NCBI RefSeq assembly: GCF_049243625.1
Contig: NZ_CP046975.1
DNA from: Corynebacterium amycolatum
Lineage (GTDB): Bacteria > Actinomycetota > Actinomycetes > Mycobacteriales > Mycobacteriaceae
Direction: 5' to 3' (one strand)
DNA: 32,000 bases
Both the position numbers and the translations under genes were made by a program. Position 1 is the stretch's first letter. Every line of letters begins with the position of its first letter. The notes beneath the pieces are model-generated. The model saw only the letters and a program-made list of their open reading frames with translations. It was not told the origin of the DNA and ran no database searches. This document shows positions 1 to 10,302 of the stretch, one piece after another.

Positions 1-506
1 TCGCTACCATTGGCGCGACCGGCATCGCAGTGTTCACCGCACTGATTGCCGATAATTTCGGCAATGTCATGGACTACTTGCAGACTCTATTCGGCTTCTT
101 CAACGCACCGTTGTTCGCTACCTTCCTTATCGGTATGTTCTGGAAGCGCATGACGCCGACAGCAGGTTGGACGTCTCTGCTTGCAGGAACGGGCGCTGCA
201 ATCTTGTACTGGTACATCTCCGAGTTCACGTCGGCAAGCGCAACTATCTTTGAGCTACCGGGGCAGGGCACTGCGTTCGCTGCCGCCTCCGTGGCATTCG
301 TCGTCGATATTGTGGTGGCCGTCGTCGTTTCTCTCATGACAAGGCCGAAACCCGATGAGGAGCTGGTCGGTTTCGTCAAATCCGTCACCCCAAAGGCTCA
401 CTTCACAGACGCTGCTGAGGCAGAGCTGCCATTGCTACAGCGAACTGTTCCGCTGGGTATCTTGTGCCTGGTGATGGCCGTAGTTCTCAACATCGTTTTC
501 GCATAG
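1..506 (+). CDS. Sodium:solute symporter family (SGLT-like) transporter, C-terminal fragment; the 5' end lies outside the window
   Basis: The reading frame is open from the window edge, so the ORF-track GTG at 30 is internal. It has hydrophobic TM segments and the SGLT-type motif FNAPLFATFLIGMFWKRMT. It lies directly upstream of the galT/galK ORF, which suggests a Na+/galactose-type carrier. Confidence 0.7.
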   Translation, partial: ATIGATGIAVFTALIADNFGNVMDYLQTLFGFFNAPLFATFLIGMFWKRMTPTAGWTSLLAGTGAAILYWYISEFTSASATIFELPGQGTAFAAASVAFVVDIVVAVVVSLMTRPKPDEELVGFVKSVTPKAHFTDAAEAELPLLQRTVPLGILCLVMAVVLNIVFA

Positions 507-522
507 GAGCTAGTGAGAAATC

Positions 523-804
523 ATGTCACGGACGCAAAACAACTCAACTGTAAAAGCGACTGTCAGCGCCGGTAAAAAGAAAGCAGGTGCCTTTGACATT
601 CGCAACGTCATTGGGGCGATGCTTGGTCTTTACGGCATCATTTTGCTGCTATCGTGGTTGTTCCTCGATCCTGGGGTCAACCCTGAGACCAATGTTGCCA
701 AAGAGCCGACGTATAACCTGTACAGCGGAATAGCCCTGCTCCTCTTTGCAATCGTTTTCTATGCCTGGGCAAAACTACGCCCAACGGTTGTCGAAGAATC
801 ATAA
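523..804 (+). CDS. Small membrane protein (93 aa, two predicted TM helices), function unknown
   Basis: ATG at 523 follows a GGAG 11 nt upstream. Two hydrophobic stretches (IGAMLGLYGIILLLSWLFL and LYSGIALLLFAIVFYAWA) follow a basic N-terminus. It is tightly packed between the symporter and galT/galK. I recognise no motif. Confidence 0.5.
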   Translation: MSRTQNNSTVKATVSAGKKKAGAFDIRNVIGAMLGLYGIILLLSWLFLDPGVNPETNVAKEPTYNLYSGIALLLFAIVFYAWAKLRPTVVEES

Positions 805-813
805 GGAGGATAA

Positions 814-3225
814 ATGACAACCGACGACCAGCACTCTCACGCTTTTTCGGTAACGCGCACTACGCTTGCCGACGGTCGCGAGCTAATCTACTTCGACGAT
901 GAACCGGACTATGTCTCGGGCAAGAAGACCCGAAAATTAACCGACGAACGTGATTTGCCACAGGCGATTACAGAGTCGGAGCTGCGCCAAGATCCGCTGA
1001 CAGGTGATTGGTACTGCTACGCGGCACACCGCATGAACCGCACCTTTATGCCTCCTGCTGGCGAGAACCCCTTAGCTCCGACGCTGCCGGGACAACTTCC
1101 CACAGAGGTGCCTGCCAGCGACTACGACGTGGTGGTTTTTGAAAACCGATTCCCATCGCTTTCTATGCACATGGAAGTTCCGGATGACTTTGCTCAGACT
1201 GTCGACGGCGCCGAGATTTTCCCGCGGAAGCCGGCCTTGGCTCGGTGTGAGGTTGTCTGCTTTACCCCGAATGTTTCGGACTCCTTCCGGGATCTGACTT
1301 TCACTCGTGCTCGCACCGTTATTGAAGCGTGGGCGCACCGCACTGCGGAACTCAGCAAGCTCGAAGGTGTGCGGTTGGTGTTCCCCTTTGAAAACAGGGG
1401 CAAGGAAATTGGGGTAACACTGCAGCATCCCCATGGGCAGATTTACTCCTACCCCTATCTGCCATCTCGTGCGGCGGCCATCGCTGCACGCGCGAAGGCT
1501 CACTTTGAAACCACCGGCCGCGACCTTTTTGATGATGTCCTGGAGGCCGAAAAGGCTTCAGGTCGACGAATCATCGCAGAAGGGGAGTACTTCACCGCAT
1601 TCGTCCCAGCTGCAGCTAAGTGGCCAGTCGAAGTCATGCTGATGGCAAATCGCGCTGTCGGTGACTTCCAGGAGCTGACCGATGCGGAAAAGGACGAACT
1701 GGCAGCAATGTATCTTGACCTGCTGCGACGTATTGACCGATTCTTCCCCGGCATCGATAAAACGCCGTACATCGCTGCCTGGAACCAAGCTCCGGTAGGC
1801 GAGGATCACCAGTTTGGGCGCCTCCATTTGCAGCTCTATTCCATGATGCGCTCTGCAGGACGCATGAAATTCCTCGCTGGTTCAGAGTCCGGGCAAGGAG
1901 CCTGGATTTCGGATACAACACCAGAGGCAATCGCTGACCGCTTCCGGGAGCTTGGCCAGACTCGCTGGCTGCGCACTCGTCCCCATAAGCAGGCCGTATC
2001 TGATGTAACAGAGCAATTTCGGCGCAGCTTCGGTTCGGAACCACAGGGTGTCTTTCGCGCCCCAGGCAGAGTCAACCTAGTTGGCGAACATGTCGATTAT
2101 GCCGATGGCATCTGTCTGCCATTCGCGTTGGCGCAGAGTACTTTTGCAGCGGTGGGTGCTCAGAATGCCAGGGACTCGTGGACAGTGCGAATCGTTTCGG
2201 ACTTGATGGACAAGGACGATGCCGCAGACGGTGACAGGCCGGTTAATATCGCAATGTCCGATGTCGGTCCGAACTCTCCTGCAAATTGGACGGGATACGC
2301 AGTTGGCACTATCTGGGCTATGCGTGAGGCAGGGCTGTTGCCTGCAGATTGCCCAAGCCTTGACATTGCGATTTCTTCCGATGTGCCGGTCGGCTCTGGG
2401 TTGTCTAGCTCCGCCGCTCTGGAGTGTTCTGTCGGCGTTGCAGCCTTTGAACTCGTCCACGGTCGTGCACCAAACGATGAAGAGCAGCAGGGAATTGTTG
2501 AGGCGGCTATCCGCGCAGAAAATGAGGTCGTTGGTGCCTCTACCGGCGGTCTGGATCAGCGTATATCCATCAAGGGCAAGGAAAAACATGCACTGGCCAT
2601 TGACTTTGCGAAGAGTTCTGACCAGCTTGTCAAGGCTGCTTTCGCAGACGAGGATCTAGAAATTTTGGTGATCAACACCAATGTTCGACATAGTCTCTCG
2701 GATGGTCAGTATGCGACGCGTCGCGGAATCATTGATGCCGTGAAAAATGGTGTTGGGGCATCTGATTTCCGCGGCCTGGATGATGCAGTTGGTGCTGCTA
2801 TCAATTGGGCGAAGGAGAACGTCCCAGCTGAGGCAGATAGGGATCAGTGGGTTGATACGGTGGCGCGCCGAGTGCGTCACGTTGTTACCGAAATTGACCG
2901 GACGGCACAGGCGATTGAAAAGCTTTCCGAGGGGGACTTCGAGGCTTTTGGCACTTTGATGGTGGCAAGCCATCTTTCGCTGAGGGATGACTACGAAGTT
3001 TCCTGTCCAGAGCTGGATATTGCTGTAGACGTAGCGCTTGAGCAGGGCGCGCTCGGTGCCCGAATGACTGGCGGTGGCTTTGGTGGCAGTGCCATTGCGC
3101 TGCTGCCACACGACCGTGTCAATGCTGCAGCGAATGCAGTTGCGTCGGCTTTCCGTGACCGAGGAATGCCGGAACCGGAGTTTTTCGTTGGAAATCCGGG
3201 GCCGGGAGCAAGCCGCCTAGTCTAG
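814..3225 (+). CDS. galT/galK: Fused galactose-1-phosphate uridylyltransferase (N-terminal, about aa 1-381) and galactokinase (C-terminal, about aa 396-803), bifunctional Leloir-pathway enzyme
   Basis: Strong RBS AAGGAGG before ATG 814. The GalT active-site motif QHPHGQIY is at nt 1423-1446. The galactokinase signature GRVNLVGEHVDYADG is at about nt 2065-2109. The GHMP-kinase motif PVGSGLSSSAALE is at nt 2386-2424, and MTGGGFGGS lies near the C-terminus. There is no stop and no in-frame ATG/GTG/TTG at the junction (nt 1954-2064). Confidence 0.9.
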   Translation: MTTDDQHSHAFSVTRTTLADGRELIYFDDEPDYVSGKKTRKLTDERDLPQAITESELRQDPLTGDWYCYAAHRMNRTFMPPAGENPLAPTLPGQLPTEVPASDYDVVVFENRFPSLSMHMEVPDDFAQTVDGAEIFPRKPALARCEVVCFTPNVSDSFRDLTFTRARTVIEAWAHRTAELSKLEGVRLVFPFENRGKEIGVTLQHPHGQIYSYPYLPSRAAAIAARAKAHFETTGRDLFDDVLEAEKASGRRIIAEGEYFTAFVPAAAKWPVEVMLMANRAVGDFQELTDAEKDELAAMYLDLLRRIDRFFPGIDKTPYIAAWNQAPVGEDHQFGRLHLQLYSMMRSAGRMKFLAGSESGQGAWISDTTPEAIADRFRELGQTRWLRTRPHKQAVSDVTEQFRRSFGSEPQGVFRAPGRVNLVGEHVDYADGICLPFALAQSTFAAVGAQNARDSWTVRIVSDLMDKDDAADGDRPVNIAMSDVGPNSPANWTGYAVGTIWAMREAGLLPADCPSLDIAISSDVPVGSGLSSSAALECSVGVAAFELVHGRAPNDEEQQGIVEAAIRAENEVVGASTGGLDQRISIKGKEKHALAIDFAKSSDQLVKAAFADEDLEILVINTNVRHSLSDGQYATRRGIIDAVKNGVGASDFRGLDDAVGAAINWAKENVPAEADRDQWVDTVARRVRHVVTEIDRTAQAIEKLSEGDFEAFGTLMVASHLSLRDDYEVSCPELDIAVDVALEQGALGARMTGGGFGGSAIALLPHDRVNAAANAVASAFRDRGMPEPEFFVGNPGPGASRLV

Positions 3226-3252
3226 GCGGTATTACTCCCGGTCTCGGGGGGG

Positions 3253-4719
3253 CTACTGCAATGCGATCTTCTTCCGCTGCGGCTTGAGCAGCGTGGTCAG
3301 GAATATCAGCACCACGCCAAGCCCCGCGGCGGTAAACATCGCAATGCTATAGCCACGAATCAGGTCGGCGGTTGCAGGAGCTGCTGCACCAGCGCCGGAA
3401 AGACCCGCGGCAATGACAGTCGACAGTGCGACAAAAAGTGCAGTACCAACCGCGCCTGCAACCTGCTGCAGCGTGTTCAGGATCGCTGAGCCATCCGGGT
3501 AGAGGTTCTTGGGAAGATCGCCAAGGCCGAATGTGAACAGTGGAGTAAACAGCAGGCCCAGACCGATCTCAAAGACGATGTGGCAGGCGACAATCCACCA
3601 CAGCGGAGTGGACGCCGAGATAAAGCCGAGCCCGAAGAGACCGAGGGCGAGAACAATAGAACCAGGGATTGCCAGCGGACGCGGACCGTAGGTGTCGAAA
3701 AGGCGGCCAACAGTCGGACCCATAAGCCCCATAATCAGCGGGCCGGGCATCACAATTAGTCCAATGGTCTTGACATCAACACCGCGCAGGTTGAGGTAGA
3801 GCGGCAGAATGATGATCACACCGAACATCAGCATAAAGCCGAAAGTCAGGATGGTTGTGGACAGTGTGAAGCTCTTGGTACGGAAGGTCCGAAGGTCCAG
3901 CAGAGCTCGGTTTCGTGGTGCCAAGCGGCGCTGACGCATGATGAAGAGCACCAGTAGCACGATTCCGGCTGCGCAGAGGATTCCGTCGATAAGCGAAAAT
4001 TCGGCACCCACACGGCTGAGCGCATACACGAGCGGACCGAATGCGCCTGCGCTGAGGAACACCGAGAGAATATCGATGGGCTTGGCGGAGTTTTCCTCGA
4101 TGTTGGGCACGAGGATGACACCGACCACGAGCACAATCAGGCCGAGCGGCAGCATCGTGTCGAAGAGCGCATGCCAATTGTTGTTTGCAATCTCCAGAAT
4201 TAAACCGGAGAAAGTGGGGCCGATAGCAGGTGCGACGGCGATGACTATGCTCATGCGTCCCATCATGCGACCGCGCTCATGTTCCGGTACCACATTGAGA
4301 ACCGTGGTCATCAGTAGTGGCAGCAACACTGCGGTGCCGGAGGCTTGAACAACGCGTGCGAGCAGCACGATTGCAAAACCTGGCGCGAAGGCACCAATGA
4401 GAGTGCCTACGACAAATAGCCCCTGGCTGATGGCGAAAAGAGTGCGGAAGCGCACTGAGGCAATGAGAAATCCAGTGACTGGAATGACAACAGCCATGGT
4501 CAGCAGGAATGCCGTTGTCAGCCATCCGGCAGTCGCTGCGCTGATGTTAAGGTCCGCCTTAACGACGGGAATTGCGACACTCATGACCGTCTCGTTCAAG
4601 ATAGCCATAAATGCCGCAGCTAGTAGCACATAAATGGCCATGTAAGCGTTTTTCGGCGCTTTGGCCTGTGCTGCTTCCGAACTTGGGCTCAATTCGGAAT
4701 CTTCAGATTCAGAAACCAA
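3253..4719 (-). CDS. MFS transporter, DHA2 (EmrB/QacA-like, 14-TMS) drug:H+ antiporter family
   Basis: 488 aa and very hydrophobic, with many TM segments. It has N-terminal motifs typical of DHA2 exporters (LNETVMSVAIPVV, WLTTAFLLTMAVVIPVTG, ARVVQASG). The start at 4719 is TTG; an alternative ATG at 4641 would leave almost no N-terminus before TM1. Confidence 0.8.
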   Translation of the reverse strand: MVSESEDSELSPSSEAAQAKAPKNAYMAIYVLLAAAFMAILNETVMSVAIPVVKADLNISAATAGWLTTAFLLTMAVVIPVTGFLIASVRFRTLFAISQGLFVVGTLIGAFAPGFAIVLLARVVQASGTAVLLPLLMTTVLNVVPEHERGRMMGRMSIVIAVAPAIGPTFSGLILEIANNNWHALFDTMLPLGLIVLVVGVILVPNIEENSAKPIDILSVFLSAGAFGPLVYALSRVGAEFSLIDGILCAAGIVLLVLFIMRQRRLAPRNRALLDLRTFRTKSFTLSTTILTFGFMLMFGVIIILPLYLNLRGVDVKTIGLIVMPGPLIMGLMGPTVGRLFDTYGPRPLAIPGSIVLALGLFGLGFISASTPLWWIVACHIVFEIGLGLLFTPLFTFGLGDLPKNLYPDGSAILNTLQQVAGAVGTALFVALSTVIAAGLSGAGAAAPATADLIRGYSIAMFTAAGLGVVLIFLTTLLKPQRKKIALQ

Positions 4720-4868
4720 GAGAAGTCACTTTCTAGATATAGGTACTGAAAAAGTAATTTTCAAAGATGTTGCGGCTTAGCGCAAGAAAATCCCCATCGT
4801 AAGCCGACAAAACGGCAAAGCCGACGGGGGGCATTGGCACACATGTTGCCCAACACATTCTAAGGTAA

Positions 4869-5660
<792 letters not shown>

Positions 5661-5680
5661 TTGCCAGGAGTTCACTGAAA

Positions 5681-6433
5681 ATGTCTGAAAACGTCACTCT
5701 CAAGGCGCAACTGATTGCCTCGACCAATTTCTTCCCACCTGAGGACATCGACTTTGATACCGATGCCGACGGTGGGGAAGCATTAATTGAGTTCTCTGGC
5801 CGGGCTTGTTATGAAACGTGGGACAAGCCCAATCCGCGAACTGCGACGAATAGGGGATATCTGCGGCATGTGCTCGAGGTAGGCCACACCTCACTTTTTG
5901 AACACGCAAGTGCAAGCATCTATGTCCGTGGGCTGTCGCGCTCGTGTGCACATGAACTCACACGGCACCGTCACTTTTCCTTTTCGCAGTTGTCGCAGCG
6001 GTTTGTGCCGGCTAGTTCCAACAATGTTGTGGTTCCTCCCGCAATTGCGGAGGACCCGGATCTATTGCGAGTTTTCGAAAGCGCGGTTGATCAGTCCCGT
6101 TTCGCCTATGGTGAGTTATTAGACGCACTGGAAGAGAAGTGGGCCGATGAGCCCAACGCTATCTTGCGGCGAAAGCAGGCACGCCAGGCAGCCCGGGCGG
6201 TTTTGCCCAATGCCACCGAAACTCGAATCGTGATTACTGGTAATTTCCGGTCTTGGCGCCACTTCATTTCGATGCGTGCGACCGAGCATGCCGATGCTGA
6301 AATTCGGGAGTTGGCGGTGGCTTGTCTGCGGGAGCTGCAGCGCTGCGCTCCTGTTGCTTTTGGGGATTTTGAGATCAACACTCTGAAGGATGGGTCGGTC
6401 GTCGCGTCGAGTCCTTACGCCTTCGAGGGGTAA
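5681..6433 (+). CDS. thyX: FAD-dependent thymidylate synthase
   Basis: ThyX signature [13 protein letters not shown]. The 250-aa length is typical. An RBS (AGGAG) lies upstream of ATG 5681. Confidence 0.93.
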   Translation: MSENVTLKAQLIASTNFFPPEDIDFDTDADGGEALIEFSGRACYETWDKPNPRTATNRGYLRHVLEVGHTSLFEHASASIYVRGLSRSCAHELTRHRHFSFSQLSQRFVPASSNNVVVPPAIAEDPDLLRVFESAVDQSRFAYGELLDALEEKWADEPNAILRRKQARQAARAVLPNATETRIVITGNFRSWRHFISMRATEHADAEIRELAVACLRELQRCAPVAFGDFEINTLKDGSVVASSPYAFEG

Positions 6434-6485
6434 TCGCACGTACAGTGTGAAGATATAGTCGATTGAGATTTTTAAGAAAAGGTAG

Positions 6486-7396
<911 letters not shown>

Positions 7397-7397
<1 letters not shown>

Positions 7398-9496
7398 TGG
7401 CTGAAGGACGCAATCGCGCCCGCAAGGTAACTCGTAAGGCCGGTCCGCCTTCCGAGTCTGACGTGGCTGCAGCAGAGCAGTCCAAGAACTCTGCATCCAA
7501 GGGCTCCGACAAGGGTGGAGCTAATTCCAACGGCTCGAAGTCCTCGCAGCGTTCCGAGCGCTCTGAGCGTTCCGGTGATCGTAAGAACGCCGGCAACGCT
7601 AAGAAGTCCCAAGGTTCGTCGAATTCTTCCAACCGCGGTTCTCGTGGTGGTCGCGGTGGCCGTGGCGGTAACCGCGGAAATAATTCGCGGGGTGGCCGTG
7701 GCGGGCGTGGCGGTAACCGTCGTAACGTAGTGCAGTCGATGCAGGGTGCAGACTTGACGCAACGTCTGCCCGCGCCGCCAAAGGCCCCCAAGGACGGTCT
7801 GCGCGTGGTCGCGCTGGGTGGTATTTCCGAAATCGGTCGCAATATGACCGTGTTGGAGTACAAAAACCGACTGATTATCGTCGACTGTGGCGTGCTGTTC
7901 CCGAGCTCGGATGAGCCGGGTGTTGACCTGATTCTGCCTGACTTCTCCTACATGGAAGACAAGTGGGATCGCGTGGAAGCTCTCGTGGTCACCCACGGTC
8001 ACGAGGATCACATCGGTGCTATCCCTTGGTTGCTCAAGCAGCGCGCGGACATCCCGATTATTGCTTCCCGCTTTACCTTGGCACTGATTCAGGCCAAGAC
8101 ACAGGAGCACCGTCAGCGCCCGAAGGTCATCGAGGTCAACGACACCAGCCACATTCAGCGTGGTCCGTTCGATCTGCGTTTCTTCAATGTCAACCACTCG
8201 ATTCCGGAGTGCCTTGGCATCGTCATTAAGACCGGAGCTGGCATGGTTGTCCACACCGGTGACGTGAAGATGGACCAGACCCCGCCGGACGGAAAGCCGA
8301 CTGACCTGCCGGCGCTGAGCCGCTACGGTGATGAGGGAATCGACCTCTTCTTGTGTGAGTCCACCAACGCCACAATCCCGGGCTTCTCCGGTTCCGAGGC
8401 GGAGTTGGCTCCGACCCTGCGTCGTCTGATTATGGACGCAAAGCAGCGCGTTATCGTCGCGGCCTTCGCGTCGAATGTCTACCGCGTTCAGGCTGTTATC
8501 GATGCAGCTGTCAAGTCTGGACGAAAGGTCGCGTTCAACGGCCGCTCCATGATTCGCAACATGCGTATCGCGCAGGAGTTGGGTCTGCTGACCGCGCCAG
8601 AGAACACCATCGTGGAGATGAACGAGGCCGCTCGCATGGCGCCCCACAAGGTCGTGCTGGTGACTACCGGTACGCAGGGTGAGCCAATGGCTGCGCTGTC
8701 TCGCATGGCCCGTCGTGAGCACCGTCAGATTACCGTTCGTGATGGCGACCTGATTATCCTCAGTTCTTCGCTGGTACCGGGTAATGAAGAGGCGGTCTTC
8801 GGCGTTATTAACATGTTGGCCCAGATTGGTGCCACGGTTATCACTGGCAAGGAAGCCAAGGTTCACACCTCCGGTCACGGGTTTGCCGGCGAGCTGCTGT
8901 TCCTCTACAACGCAGCCCGTCCGTCGAATGTCATGCCAATTCACGGTGAGTGGCGCCACATTCGTGCCAACAAGGAACTGGCTGTGTCCACTGGTGTGAA
9001 GCCAGAAAACGTTGTCCTCGCTCAGAACGGTGTGGTTGTCGACCTCGTTGACGGCCGCGCTCGTGTAGTTGGCCAGGTTCCGGTTGGTAACCTCTACGTT
9101 GATGGCGTCACCATGGGTGACGTCGACGCTGACGTGCTGGCAGACCGTGCTGAAATGCGTGAAGGTGGTCTTATCACCGTCACAGCCGTCATTGATAACC
9201 GCACTGGTCGTCCGTTGGAGAAGCCACGGGCTCAGGCTCGCGGTTACTCGGACGACGCCAAGGAAGTGCTCGCAACCGTCGAGCAGGTAGTTGACGATAC
9301 TCTCTTTGACCTGGCTGGCAGTGGCGAGAACAATCCATACCGTATGGCTCAGGAAGTTCGTCGCCGCACCGAGCGCGTCATTAACCAGAAATGGCGTCGC
9401 AGCCCGATGGTTGTTCCGACCATCGTGCCGATGTCCTCAGAGGCAGCCGAAGAGGTCACCGATGAGGAAATCAAGGAGTCGCGCGAAAGCATCTAA
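7397..9496 (+). CDS. rnj: Ribonuclease J (metallo-beta-lactamase / beta-CASP) with an approximately 133-aa Arg/Gly/Ser-rich N-terminal extension
   Basis: The catalytic core starts near LRVVALGGISEIGRNM and carries the HGHEDHIG motif and a beta-CASP region. GTG 7397 overlaps the dapA stop (TAGTG). The N-terminus contains SERSERS and two GGRGGRGGNR repeats. Confidence 0.88.
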
Positions 9497-9523
9497 GTTT
9501 CTAGAGGGTCTTTTAGCGTAAGA

Positions 9524-9562
9524 GCCCGCATCCACCTAAAGCCGTGTGGATGCGGGCTTCTC
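9524..9562 (+). terminator. Rho-independent terminator downstream of rnj
   Basis: Perfect 12-bp stem GCCCGCATCCAC (9524-9535) / GTGGATGCGGGC (9546-9557) with a 10-nt loop, followed by TTCTCC. Confidence 0.7.
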
Positions 9563-9585
9563 CGTGCCTGGTCTAGTCTGGAGCT

Positions 9586-10203
9586 ATGACTTTTGCTGAA
9601 CGGGAACGTGAAGACCTAGCTAATCTACTGCTCAGCGTCGGTCCCGACGCACCGACCTTGTGCGAGGGCTGGACAACCCGGGATTTGGCCAACCACCTTT
9701 ACATTCGCGAAAACCGTCTGGATGCCGCTGGCGGGATGTTCGTCAAGGCGCTTTCGGAACGCCTCGATGCTGTTACCGCTGAGGTCAATCGAATGCCCTA
9801 CGTCGAAGTGGTGGGGAAGTGGGGCAGTGGTGCTCCGCGATGGAATCCAATGAACTGGGCAGACCGCTACGTCAACACTGCGGAGAACTTCGTTCACCAC
9901 GAGGATGTCCGTCGTGCCCAGGAAGGTTGGACCGTTCGTCAGCTACCACCCTCCGGAGTTTCAGACCTGTGGCGCCTGGTCACTACTGCCGGCCGTATGA
10001 TGTTGCGCGGGTCGACCTCGACCGTGGTGCTAATGCGCGACGACGGGGTTGCGGTGACCCTAATCGACAACAGCGCTAAAGGTGCTCCGGTTGTGACTGT
10101 CCGCGGTAGCGTCGGGGAACTGGTGTTGTGGCTCTATGGCCGTGACGAGGTACGCGTCACCATCGACGGCGACGAATCGGGCATCAAGCGCAACAGCCTT
10201 TAA
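9586..10203 (+). CDS. Mycothiol-dependent maleylpyruvate-isomerase-like / DinB-fold protein (TIGR03085-like actinobacterial family)
   Basis: The N-terminal pattern ERxxLxxLLxxxGPDAPTLCEGWTTRDLANHL is what I recall for this actinobacterial family. 205 aa. RBS TGGAG lies before the ATG. Confidence 0.55.
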   Translation: MTFAEREREDLANLLLSVGPDAPTLCEGWTTRDLANHLYIRENRLDAAGGMFVKALSERLDAVTAEVNRMPYVEVVGKWGSGAPRWNPMNWADRYVNTAENFVHHEDVRRAQEGWTVRQLPPSGVSDLWRLVTTAGRMMLRGSTSTVVLMRDDGVAVTLIDNSAKGAPVVTVRGSVGELVLWLYGRDEVRVTIDGDESGIKRNSL

Positions 10204-10302
10204 GATCGCGTTCTCAGTTCTGGACGGTCGTGGCAGCCCACCTGTTAAACAATGACATGCGTGTGACTAATGTGAAAACGATCCGGTGTTAGCTGTAAGG
10301 TA

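Noticed and set aside
3226-3252. A short CCCG-GTCT-CGGG hairpin between the convergent galT/galK and MFS genes, considered as a possible bidirectional terminator.
   Set aside because: The stem is only about 4-5 bp with no T-tract, which is not enough to call a terminator.
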